DNA of 64,000 bases from Octopus sinensis (Eukaryota), in contig NC_042998.1 of the NCBI RefSeq assembly GCF_006345805.1, forward strand, positions 64,294,001 to 64,358,000, read 5' to 3'. The position numbers were made by a program, and so were the translations under genes. Below, in pieces: positions 51,491-64,000 of this stretch. Numbering within the stretch: position 1 is the stretch's first letter; the number at the start of each line of letters is the position of its first letter. Below the pieces are notes generated by a model. The model did no database searches, had not been told where the DNA came from, and saw only the letters and a program-made list of their open reading frames with translations.

Positions 51491-52786
51491 TGTGTCTATC
51501 TGTCTATATACACGATGCGTTTCTGAACTATCTTACAATAAAACATTATACTCTCGAGAGCAAAGCCATTGTGCAATGCAACTGGTTGCGGCAACACAAA
51601 CGTTAATTGAACTCAGAACAGACAGGTTGTTGAACAAAACTGCTGAACGTCACAGTTGTTTAGGAAACAAGTACTGCCACTTTGATCACGGTATATAAGT
51701 TACATGTACACATACACATGTAGACACACACATATACACACCTATATACATACATACCTACGCACACACACACCCGCATAGACACACACACACACTAACA
51801 CACATATATACACACTCCTCCCCAAAATAACTTTGCTACACTAATTTAATCTAGTATAAAAATTTTCCTTCACATCACTGACTCTAGCAAGATTTCAGCC
51901 ACCCAAAATATATAAAGCATACATTTACAATTCGATATTCGTTTGAAGCTACATAAATTAACAAATAAACAGAAATGAAAGACAATGTGAACTATTAAGT
52001 TTGGTTCAATGACATGATTGATGATTTCAGCTTTAAGATAACAAGAATTTCAAATAATTTGATTTTGTCTTTCTCTCGTGCGTTCGCCATTTTTTAGGTT
52101 TCCATCGTGACGCTAATGACCATGCTACACCACCAGCACAACAGTCTACGAGGATTCTTTCTGGGCAATGATCAGGTTTCAATCTTTTGATATTTTATAC
52201 TTGCTCATTCGATATAAATGCTTTATTACAATATAATATTTCTTATTATTTAATTTTTTTCTATACATCATATTTATTTTATCTCACTGGCGGATGTTTG
52301 TCTGCGTTGGATAATATAGGGCATGTTCTATAAAATTTACTCTTTTAAGTTTCAAGAGAGACCATGGCATTTTTTGTTTTATTTTACATTCTTTATTACA
52401 ATTTCTAATCTGTACTGAATAAATACTGGTGTCTAGGCAAGAGGTTGCAGAAGTATATTGAATCTGGTGTGAAGATACTTTGTTAATTTAGAATAAACTA
52501 CAATCCTTCATGAATAAATTTTGTCAGTTTCATATTTGATAAATCGCACGCGATCATACCCATCCACACGCCCACCCAAACATATTTGTTTTTCATATAC
52601 TTCATTCAAAATAACACTATTTATGTTGTATATAATACTATCTAACTCAATATTATATTTTGTTTCGGTCTTTGTTCAACAAATGAATAGAGAATACCCT
52701 GAAAATCAGTTTGTATATATATGGAATATGATCTTATCACAAAATTTGCATCATATGAATACAAATATATTTCGTGCATATATATA

Positions 52787-52852
<66 letters not shown>

Positions 52853-53440
52853 ATATATATACATACATACATATACGTTTGATTTTGAAAGTAGTGATTT
52901 TCTGATTGTAACCTTCCCTTGAAATATATATATTCACACACACACACACACACACATACATTTATGTATAAAATGGGTATGTATTTATCGCGAGTAATTG
53001 TAGGCAAGATATTGGTGTTAGTGAACCCCATTATTTTCCTAGGTCTATTTTCAAGCATCAACATTTTAACTGATTTCCATTTCATATTTTACTTTTGAAG
53101 TCGGTGCTGGCTAGGGCTTTCTTATAGTAAGGGGATGTTTTCTCAAAATATATGTAATACTGTTAAGTTATGGCGGGATCAGCCTAAAAAAAAAGCACTC
53201 TAGATAAGTGAGATAGACTTTACTATACACAGTATTCAAATGCGAGCTGCATGTGAAAAAAAAACAATGATTGACCAAGCTCATATAAAGTTCCATGCAC
53301 TGTCATAGACATGAAACTAGTAAGTTCGCGTTTAAATCATGTTTGTATGCGTGTGTTAGTATGTGTATGTGTGTGTGTGTGCGTGCGTAAGTGTCTGTAC
53401 GCCTGCATACAAGCACGCCACACGCAAATATATAGAACGT

Positions 53441-53768
53441 GAAGGCTCAGTGGTTAGAGCGTCGAGCTTATGATCGTGAGGTTCTGAGTTCGAATCCCGG
53501 ACCGGGCTACGGGTTGTGTTCTTAAGCAGAACACTTTATTACACGTTGCTCCAGTTCACTCAGCTGTAGAAATGAATTGCAACGTCACAGGTGCCAAGCT
53601 GTACGGGTCTTTGCCTTTCCCATGCATAACACTGGTGGTGTGGAGAAGGGAGGCCGATATACATGGGAGACTGCTGGTCTTCCATAAACAACCTTGCCTA
53701 GACTTCTGAGTGGGATGGTAACTTTCTAGGTGTAATCCTATGGTCACTCATGACCGAAGGGGGTCTCT
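53441..53768 (+). mobile_element. tRNA-headed SINE family D, well preserved
   Basis: A-box tggttagagc and B-box gttcgaatcc, followed by a ~260-bp body homologous to 13312-13640. Confidence 0.85.
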
Positions 53769-54136
53769 TCAGCAACAACAGCAATTCAGCATTGTGTACC
53801 ATGGATGGGTAGATGTTATGTTTACAGAGAGTTGTCACAATGATGGTAAATACTATTTTCACTCCCCATTCCTTTCCATTCTCAATTATATCCAATTAAC
53901 TCAATGTCATTGGTAGTATTCGTGTCCGTTATAAGTGGATAAGATCAACATTTGAACCGGAAAGATTTCTTTATCAGACGCAATTAAATATGTACTATAA
54001 ACCCGGAGAGCACAAAAACGAACATCCTACTTCTCAGTCAATTGGCAAAAACGTCTTCAGTTTCAATTCTAAGCTGAAATTCGCGTATGAACCTGCTTTT
54101 GCATCAAACAAACCCCCTCCATAAACATGTACTCAC

Positions 54137-54192
54137 CATTTGAAGGGGTGAATTTATCAAATGATGTTCAATATCTCTAATATAGATTTTTA
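54137..54192 (-). CDS. Candidate 56-nt exon (xKIYIRDIEHHLINSPLQM)
   Basis: Acceptor tcttttgaccAG and donor GTGAGT; open frame; phase-compatible with 58697-58930. Confidence 0.25.
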
Positions 54193-55215
54193 CTGGTCAA
54201 AAGATTTTTAGGCACGAAGGAAGTTCGGTACCAACTCTTTTGTTGCATCATCTAAGCGTATCACTGATTTATAAGTGGGTTTTGATCCAATGTATTTCCT
54301 TATATTTGTAACGACACCTTATGTTTATTCTCATATAGCCAATACACCTCTTTGCTACCCTCATATCTGGTAGCTGAGGATAAACTGGAAACAAGCGAAA
54401 CTCTTTATGTTAACTGTAAAATTTTATACTCATTCCCACAAAGTATTCTATGATTAATGGATTTTAATGAAATATATTTCAAGGTTTACTCCACTGCCTG
54501 TATTGAGAATAGTAATTCATGTAGAAAAGGAAAGTTCTTAACATTAGGTGCGCAATTTCAATTATTTGAAATTACTTGGCGAACTTCACCAGCAATACTA
54601 TCCCCCATTTTGGTAACAATTTATTGCCGAATATTTATATTTACTTCATACACAGTAAAGTTAATAATATAATAGAAGAAAGATTTGCAATCATTTGAAT
54701 AATATATTTAAATTCAACGTAAATATCTGAAAATTATTATTTGTCTTGAAATCCCTGTGCACTGGAAGGAAATAATTGGCCATTTTTCCTATATTTCTGC
54801 GATTACTTTTGCTACAACTGCGTATTTAATCATTGATTACAATAATTATAATGGTAACTGGTTGTAGGTGCAATTCCCAATTGGTCACCATTTTACTTGT
54901 TCATATACGATCGTTGTAACCGTCTCTAGTTTCTCTCTTTCTAGGAACAGAGCATTAGTAATTGATGTGAAATGTCTTTAAGTTGGGCACTTTACTAGTC
55001 TTTAATCAGCTCGTAAAATGCTGTAATCATCCAAAACATGGATGCTGATATATAAATAGCCCACTATTACGGGGAATTATATTCACATATTACGTGCACC
55101 TGTTTATACACACTTACACGGCCATATACATATACATGCATATATATATGTGTGTATATAGATATATATGTATATATATGTGTAAATATATATATATATA
55201 TATATATATGTATAA

Positions 55216-55250
<35 letters not shown>

Positions 55251-56394
55251 AGTGTGTGTGCGTGTTCTGCATAATATATGTAATTTGAGCCTGTTCTCAT
55301 AAATTTCTGTAAAGGTTCGTCTGTTATAATTTAAGTGTTCATAAATTGGTATATTTAACTGGGGGAATTACATAGGATATGCGTGTATATCTACCTATCT
55401 ATCTATGTATCTGTCTATTTATCTATCCTTGCATCTATCTATCTACAATGCACACACATGAACACACACACGCATATATATATATATATGTGTGAGTGCG
55501 TGCGTGTATGCGTGTGTGTGTATGTGTGTGTGTGTGTGCTTTGATTTTGAATGGGTTTATGTGTGCATATTTTGTTACGATGTTATTAATTCGTTTTGTA
55601 ATCATGAGTTACAAGTCTTATATGCTATAACCTCAGGTAGGAACACTGTTACTTAGTGCTTGGTCGGATACTGAAGAGACGCTCTTGAAAGGGTACTTCA
55701 CTTTCAGGTACGACAGTCTAATAATAGGCGATTTCATGCTGATTAAAAATGCACGTGTGTGTGTGGATACTACAGGCAGATTCACTTTATTTCAGAAGGA
55801 GGTAAGTCATTTCATCAAGCAGCTGTATTCGTAGAAAAACAGACATCCAGCAACAACGATATGTTTACACGCTTACATATGACACATAAAGTGACTCACG
55901 TGTGTGCGATTCTGTATAAACATACTACATTCATAAAATTCGAGAAATAGAAATTCGTATGGTGAAGCTCGTCTCAATCATATTTTATCAGATATATGAT
56001 CATAGAAATTTGTCAGATTATGTAATAATACATGAATATTATCTGACAAGTAAGACTTTGCTTGTAATTCCTTTGCAGATGTGTAACAGTAAAATGAAGT
56101 CCTATGTTGTTTGTGGATACACTCGATAGAGAAAAATACACATATAACATAGGGTTTCATTATTATTATTCACAATGTAAGACTCCCATATTTCTCTACT
56201 GTAATTATTATCTCAATCTATATTTTCTATTGTCATATCTGTTTTGTATTTCTATTATAGTTCTGGAGTTTTATGCATCGAAGTTTGTGAACACATACAT
56301 ATATACATACATATACGCACATAAGTTTACACACATATTTCTAACTATATCTATATCTGGGTCTCTACCTGCAAACATACACACACACACATAC

Positions 56395-56503
<109 letters not shown>

Positions 56504-56739
56504 AATGTATTTCTTTACAGTTTTGCTTTCAATTATTCGGTTGACAATTATGAGAATGCAATTTTGTTTATGTTAAAGATGTATAAGAAATAGGATGCTT
56601 GATATGTTCTTTCTCTTCGTACACCTATTGTTATCTCTATTTATGATCATGTTTACGTATGAATATGCATATGTTATATATATATACACACATACTACTA
56701 AATTATATGTATATATATATTTACATATCTACGCACTAA

Positions 56740-56788
<49 letters not shown>

Positions 56789-57179
56789 ATATATATATTA
56801 TATATATATATATTATATATATATATATATATATATCATTATATATATATTGTGTGAATGTGTGCATCTGTGTAATGCACTATTATGGGGATGGGGGGTG
56901 TACATATTGTTTTATTAGAACAAGTAAAAGATTGCGAATAATATTTTTCTTAGCAAAAATATATCACATCACATAAAGTTATATTTATTCAATAAATATG
57001 TACAACTGTACTGTGTTCGCTATCATTTTCTCCCGGAATTCTTCAAAAATAACGATAACATTGTTATGAAACCTATACCCTCGTATACACAAACTTACTT
57101 ACTATCCGATATAGGTATGTATTTACAAAACAGACGCGCACACACACACACACACACACACACAACACACACACACACA

Positions 57180-57224
<45 letters not shown>

Positions 57225-58696
57225 TCACAGGTATATGTTTCTTCATTTATGTCTATGGGTAGACTGTGTTGCTTAAGCCACTTGGAATTGTAAATTATGG
57301 CACAAAGAGTACTTCGTTTTGAAAAAATCATGTACTCCTCTGAAAACGATATCTCTTATGATCAAGAATGTACAATGTAATCCAACACATATATAGATAT
57401 AAATGATGACGCTAGCAAAAGCACTTTTGTCATAGGTATTATCGCTTAGACTAGCATTTGTTTACAAGATACTAAAACATGTGCTTTTGCCTGGTCGTTG
57501 GAACTGCTAGAAATAGCCACCGTATATTTTTATATATATCACGATACTCACATTTTGAAAGGTGAAATCAATGGATGCAGTACTTCTCAATAAACCAAAA
57601 AGCAGAATCAGCCTGGTTTAAAAGCCTATAATTTTTGCGTTAACTTATCTAACGTGTTACTTAAGTTTATATAAAAATAAAAAAAAAACGAAGGAATTTA
57701 TTACGAGCTGCTAAATGTACTTGCTCAACATGTACACATGTCATGCTAACATTCTCATGTCGGAAGTGTACGTTAGACAAGTAGCAACTGGTATTTTGTA
57801 AGATACAATGCTTGGATTTAAAGCAAGCTCAGATGAAACAAGGAATGACAAGGCGTGTTTCCTATGTTGTCTATCAAGTAATTGAGTTCAAAGGCCACGA
57901 CAATATACATGCTACAGTCTTTGAATGAGATTATCATCACAGGAAATTTATAACGTCAATATCACAAAAATAAGGCACACTAATTTTAGAAAGAATGGGC
58001 ACATTGGGCGATGTGCTCTCTGGTATTAAAAGAGATGCAATATTTATAACCGGGATACATTTTGTTATGTTTTCTTCTGTAGCAAGAATTGGAGGACAAT
58101 CTATATGGTAACCAAAATGACAATCTCCGAATGGCATTTCAGACTAATAGAAAAAAAAGCACAATTACTTTAAAACATGCAGATTTTAGGTATAATGCTG
58201 CGTACAAAAAAATAATATAGTAACCAGTGCCACTTTAAGCTCGCCAGTGGCATTTTGAGCTCTCACGAATCTGTGGGCCCAAATACGATCGATGAATGCC
58301 GGTAATATTTAATATAACATGCGGTGCATTCTTTTACCAAGGAGATTATAATGTTGTTAAGGCGACCCTGGTTATGACGGAAACATTTTATCACAAGCCT
58401 TCTCGATGAGATTGAAGTCAGCCTAAAGATTAAAAAATATAATATTACAGACACATTATACGTGCTGAAGTTGTAATTCTGAGTGTGAGTGTGTGTTTTG
58501 GGATGGGTGTGTATGCATATATGTGTACATGCGTGAGCGTCTCGGTATGGTATACGTGACGCCAATGCACCTGTGGGGTTCAGTTGGAGTAGGGAAAATA
58601 CTACGTATCCTCTACTATCAAAGACAATTATTCTTATATAAACACCATTTGTTTGTTTTAGCAGAGAATAGATTAATTGAAAAGCGTATCATATAC

Positions 58697-58930
58697 CTGA
58701 CAATTTGCTAACCATAACAATCCGTAACAGGGAATAACAAGAGGAGTGGTCGCACTGTAGCTGATATTGTTGGTGCTGATGCTAATGTGATTGCAACGAT
58801 CAGCGGCCTGGCATTTTGCGGTACTGTAGTGGGGTGGGCGAGGATGGTGCTATCTTCTCCACAAAAAGATGGGCTTGTCCCTTCAGTTTCTTCTTCCTGG
58901 CTCTCTATCGTAATAGTTGGGGACGGTCGT
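58697..58930 (-). other. GC-richer (~50%) exon-like segment; possible UTR plus start exon (MVSKLS...)
   Basis: Acceptor gtatacacAG and donor CAG|GTATAT; GC about 50% over 58741-58920 against an AT-rich background; ATG in gttATGg context at 58715. Confidence 0.3.
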
Positions 58931-61900
58931 CTGTGTATACAAATGTATATGTGTAATGCTAACTTAGATATGAAATGGCAAACTTTTGTTTGCTTATCTC
59001 CTACTCAGCTATTACATTCACGTTGATAATTTGCCTAATAGGGATACATAGTGTGTACTTAAGACCATATATATAAGATCATACTCAATGTTATAGTTTA
59101 ATGCTTAATATCTTCCTAAACCTTCTACTTCTGAAGCGAGATAGCTTCTGGTCGAGGATTTTTCATTGTATTCTTCATATTTTCTGTGTAAACACATGTT
59201 AGTTTTGTTAAACGTTAACTAGTTCCTAATCGAGATTATTTTGCTCTAATATTTTCTTCGATACATAATATATACTCTAACAGGGAGGAACAAATCAAAA
59301 TCAGAATGTGAAGTGTCTTAGATAAACTAAAGTATAAAGTCTAGGAAGTGACATATTAACTAGAACGAAATCATTTAATACAAGGAATTACCTCGTTCTT
59401 CTGTTAGCATATGCCAACAGAAGAACAAAATCATTTCGGCACGCTACAGCAGCAACACTATTTTCGAATATTGTCATTGCGTATTTGTGTCACATTAAAG
59501 AATAATATCTGTAATATTGCGTGATTGTTTGAAAGAAACGTGAAATACATCCATAACGTTTATCCTAATGAAAACCAAATTAGGATCGATTATTTATTTT
59601 GACTTCTTTTTTCAGTATCATATTCACATGCTTATACAAAACATAGTTTGAACTTTAAGATGGATCCTGGAGAAACAATGTATGAAAAACCGAATTTTTT
59701 CTATAAATATATCATATTTTATGTTTACTTACAAGCGAAAAAATTGGCAGAACTAAAAGTACAAAATAGACAAATTCACTTCTCTTTAACGACTGTGTCA
59801 TTCTCACGAGAGTTCATTAAATCTATCTAGAATATAGATTCTAGACATTGGAATGATTCATGTATGGACTTAACTTGTGACATAGAATTAATACAGATTT
59901 TTTTCTTTGTGATAGTTACTCTGTAAATAACATGTATATATAAATTTGCCCAACAAGCCTGACACATACAGTCGTTTTCTGCCTTTCATCTCTGGAAGAA
60001 GATCATGTATGTTGATGCTATAATTTAAACGTACTAAGCTTTATATCTTCAGAACTATGAATACACTTGAGTGTGACAGCTGCGTCTAACTTTGAGTCAG
60101 CTTCAATTTCCTTTCGCATTCACATATACTTCGCATGCCCATTTTGGCATTAGAGTGTATATGGAGTGTTTATGTCTGTTTGATCTATCAACCTCTTACC
60201 ACGCCTCCCACGAGGGTCCCTGGTGATTTCATGAATCCGAGAACAGTCGATTATAAGCGGTGGAATGCGGGATCGATGTTTTTCTATGATATTTTTTCTC
60301 ATTGATACATCATTTAAATGTTAATGAAAACAGTCAGATAAATTACTTTCCACGTGATATATTATAATTACTTGTTCAACTTTTATACGTAATAATAAAT
60401 TTAAAGTAAATTTATTCTTCTAACCCCTCAAGGATTTATACTTGAAATTCTCTGACATGAGTAGCGTTCAAGTAATTCAATATAGTCATTCTCAACTGAT
60501 GATAGCGCGATGTCACGCTCTAAGAAAATGGCGCGTTTGCAAATGGGAATCAACTTGTTTCCCAATTTGAAGGTTATTGGGTTATTAATGAACTTCCATC
60601 TATTCCAACACCGACATTAGATTCTGTAGATATGATGAAATCATATAAGTATCACAATAGCAGTATTTACGCATGTAATATGAACTAGAATTAAAGAAAA
60701 TAAAAAAAAGGTCTAAATACCTCTGTTGTAGGAAAATCGCAAAATAGTTCCCGACAATAAACATACCTTTCTGATTATTATTACGGTGGCATTTATATAC
60801 ATAGATGTATATAGTACTTGCCTTTAATAAGCAAATATTTCAGTAAAATATTTGTTTTTTAACGTGTACATTTCAATAAAATTTGTTTAAACTCGACATA
60901 CAAGTTTAACTAAATAATTATAATTATTATATATGCTTACAAAATGATGTGTTAGCATACAATGAAATATTTTAAAGTGCTCTATAAAAGATATGCTTAT
61001 ACTAACATAAACATATATTTCTTGATATCCACCTAGGAAATAATACTAAGCGGTAATTAATTATATACAATGAAGATAAAAGGCGATCCGTGTTTACAAA
61101 CAACACTTCACAAAATGGTTTTTGTGTAATAAACATTTTTATATTTTCCCCATAACCTTCAATGAATGTGAGCGTCTATTTCTGCATTGTGGACGCATAA
61201 ATAGGGTTCTGATATTTTGTTTAAGCGAGGATAATTCAACATTGAACAACAGCTATGAAATGTGTTTATGTTACTTAGGAAACTTAGCTGTGATAAAGAA
61301 CATCTAAATTATTTTATAACACAGCAATTTTTACCTATAGTATTACATTTCGGGATGGTCACGTTTGTCTTTGCCAAACGTTCTTCACTTCAGTTTTATT
61401 TCTGTTCCCATACTAATTTTTTTCTTCTACGTTAATTACGATTTACCTGAAAGTAAGAGAAATAGAACACACGAAAGGCAAGCCTAAACTGCGAAATGTA
61501 TTCAAGCTGTGTATTTAAAAGAGGTGAATAATTGGTGGATTTCAATAAAACCGTGTGTTATTTATTCCTTTATTTTCATGTCTATGAGCAACGAAAATAT
61601 GATACATTACCGAAGTCTTTACATTACTTTCTCATTCTAAATCATGACGTGCTTTTCAGGACATCACCGTTTAAGAAGTAATAAATAATAAGTTTCTTTT
61701 TAGCTCTCCGTCGTTAAAGAATTGAAATCTGATGATAACTGCTAGAATGTTTTCAATAATCATTGCTTATCTAATGTTTTAAGTTCAATTTTGAAATGTG
61801 AGGAATTTAAAAAATATATTATGAATACATAAATATATTTTACAAATAAAAGGAAAAAAACTGATATATCATCATCCATATCGATGATGAGTGCTGAAAA

Positions 61901-62038
61901 TATATAGAAATCTTGATAGGTTGAAATAAATTTCATAATAAAAAAACAAACATCTTTAGATGTATCAATCAATCAAAAGTATAAAAGCAACATGTCAGCA
62001 ACTGTATCAAGAAATCTCTTTTCAGTTACGCCTATTCA

Positions 62039-62081
<43 letters not shown>

Positions 62082-62104
62082 ATCTATCTATCTATCTATC
62101 TATC

Positions 62105-62174
<70 letters not shown>

Positions 62175-62230
62175 ATCTATCAATCTATCAATTTATTTAT
62201 ATATTTATCTGTCTATCTGTCTATCTACCT

Positions 62231-62265
<35 letters not shown>

Positions 62266-63644
62266 AATCTCTCTCTATATATGTGTGTGTGTATACATAT
62301 ATCTATTTATTTATTAATCTATATATATTGATAGATGTATATATCTATATTTATATATGTATGTATGTATGTATCTTTGTGTGTGTGTGTGTGTATGATT
62401 GTGTGTATGTGCGTCTGTGTGTAAAATGAGTGCGTGTGCCTGTACCATTTCAAAATATTATTTTAGTCTCTTTCGCTGTTCATCGCAATATATATATTTT
62501 CACACTCACGACTCCAACCTCAGTTCCTTGACAATTTTATTGATGCCATTTTAGTAACCTCATATTCACTTTCAAATATTTGTCTTCATCAAATCTGCTA
62601 AGCAGTTTACTTACATTTTTTTTATGTAGACATGTATCATTTTGTTACTTTTTAAAATAAATAATGATAAATATATTTCCGACAGAAGAATTAAGATTAA
62701 TATATCACGAATGTAAAAATATAAAAAACAATTAAAACTGAGATGTCGGAAGTAATAATGTGATGGATGTTCTGCATTAGAATATCTATTTTCGCGTCAC
62801 AACTTTCATGGTTAAATAGAACCAAGAAGAATATTTTTATTTATATTATGTTTTCTTGTTTAGATTTCACATAAATTCTACAGAACTGTCTTCTTATTTT
62901 GAATATTATTCGTTGAGAATTAAGCATGCATCTAAAGTATAAATTGATAATCTTCATGAAATGTGTCTGTAATATTGATTCTCAAAAGTGGCACAAGCGT
63001 GCGGTATTTTATCAACATTAAGGTTTAAATGCCGAACTTAAAATGGTAAATATTAAAAATAATATATTGGTAAAGTATAGTAGCTAAAAGCAAGAGATTT
63101 TATCTCTATCGATTATTCCAGTTTTTCGACCGAATTTGTATTAATAGTTGACATCTGATCTTTACAAAAAAATTCACGGGGATTCAAGTTTTCCTTGTCT
63201 CATAACGCTTAAATAAAAGACTTAAGAACTTAAAACAAATCACTTCTATGTAATTCGAGTAGAAAGGTAGTGACACTATACAGCACGTAAAATTAACCAA
63301 ATATGTTAAAACAAATATTAACCGTGTTTCGTCAATGCTATTAATACTAATTTAAGTGAATGTTTACCTGACATTAAGGTTTGTAATTTAATAAGATTAA
63401 TAGGGCTGTATATGACTATCTCAAAATAATGTGAAATGCCAATGTTGGATGCATTGAACTAATTATATACATACACTATCAAGGCCTAATTCTGAAATGA
63501 TATTTTACATAATCCATGTAATCAATTATACCACAGATAATAAATTTGCAACGGTTAATACGTTGAAACTAATTTCAAATGTTACTTGGGAGGTTTAATT
63601 TTTCGCCGTACAGCATTATAATACTGTGTGTTCCCGTATGACTA

Positions 63645-63852
63645 TCGTTAGCAATGTTGGCAAGATATTTTGCGGCATTTCGTCAGTCGTTCCATTCTAA
63701 GTTTAAATTCCGCTGAGGTCAATTTTATCCTTTTGGAGTCGATGGAATAAATACCAGATGTAACCGACTGATAACCTCTACTGAAATTGCTGGATTTGTA
63801 CCGAAATTTGAGAACAATATTGCATTGCATATATTTGTGAAACGTCCAGCCT
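63645..63852 (+). mobile_element. SINE family B, old monomer
   Basis: gttagc...ggcatttcgtcagtcg...gtttaaattccgctgaggtcaatttt...aataaatacc remnant. Confidence 0.6.
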
Positions 63853-64000
63853 AGGATGATATTTGCAGTGATTTTGAAGTTAAGAAAAGAATTAGCATTC
63901 ACGTAATTTTAGTTTGAATATCCACGTAATTTCAATATAATTTGCTGTTTACCAAATGTCAGTTTTCATCCAAATAACGTATGAAATGTGTAACTGTCAT

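Noticed and set aside
53441-53510. tRNA gene (also 12698-12760, 32200-32265, 33697-33770)
   Set aside because: A/B boxes are present but no complete cloverleaf, and each continues into a repeated SINE body.
55665-55712. CTGAAGA...GAAA hammerhead-like motif
   Set aside because: No stem I and a weak stem II.
58697-58715. MVSKLS matches the N-terminus of vertebrate HNF1
   Set aside because: Only six residues; the continuation does not resemble the HNF1 dimerisation helix.

Overview
AT-rich eukaryotic genomic DNA, very dense in (TA)n, (CA)n, (CTAT)n, (TAA)n and (GAA)n microsatellites. The repeat content suggests an octopod cephalopod genome (inference). No host gene can be named; only weak exon candidates exist, and almost all of the supplied ORFs are microsatellite artefacts. 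Recognisable content is mobile DNA: several tRNA-headed SINE families, a near full-length decayed RTE/BovB-type LINE (17970-21235, -), five R4/Dong-type restriction-like-endonuclease LINE fragments mostly embedded in (TAA)n tracts (24761-34690), a short 3' fragment of a CR1/L2-group LINE sharing its tail hairpin with a SINE family, a complete decayed mariner (38001-39218), an internally deleted Helitron (~39535-41736) and MITE-like foldbacks. The standout is a nearly intact type I hammerhead ribozyme (16309-16383, +) inside a non-coding ~487-bp unit with a ~76-bp terminal redundancy (16042-16606). This looks like a retrozyme-like or solo Penelope pseudo-LTR insertion. At least three other short, microsatellite-anchored repeat families carry degenerate minimal hammerheads, and several spacerless palindromes (84 bp, 330 bp) abut (TA)n tracts. 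All alignments and folds were done by eye; element boundaries are approximate.
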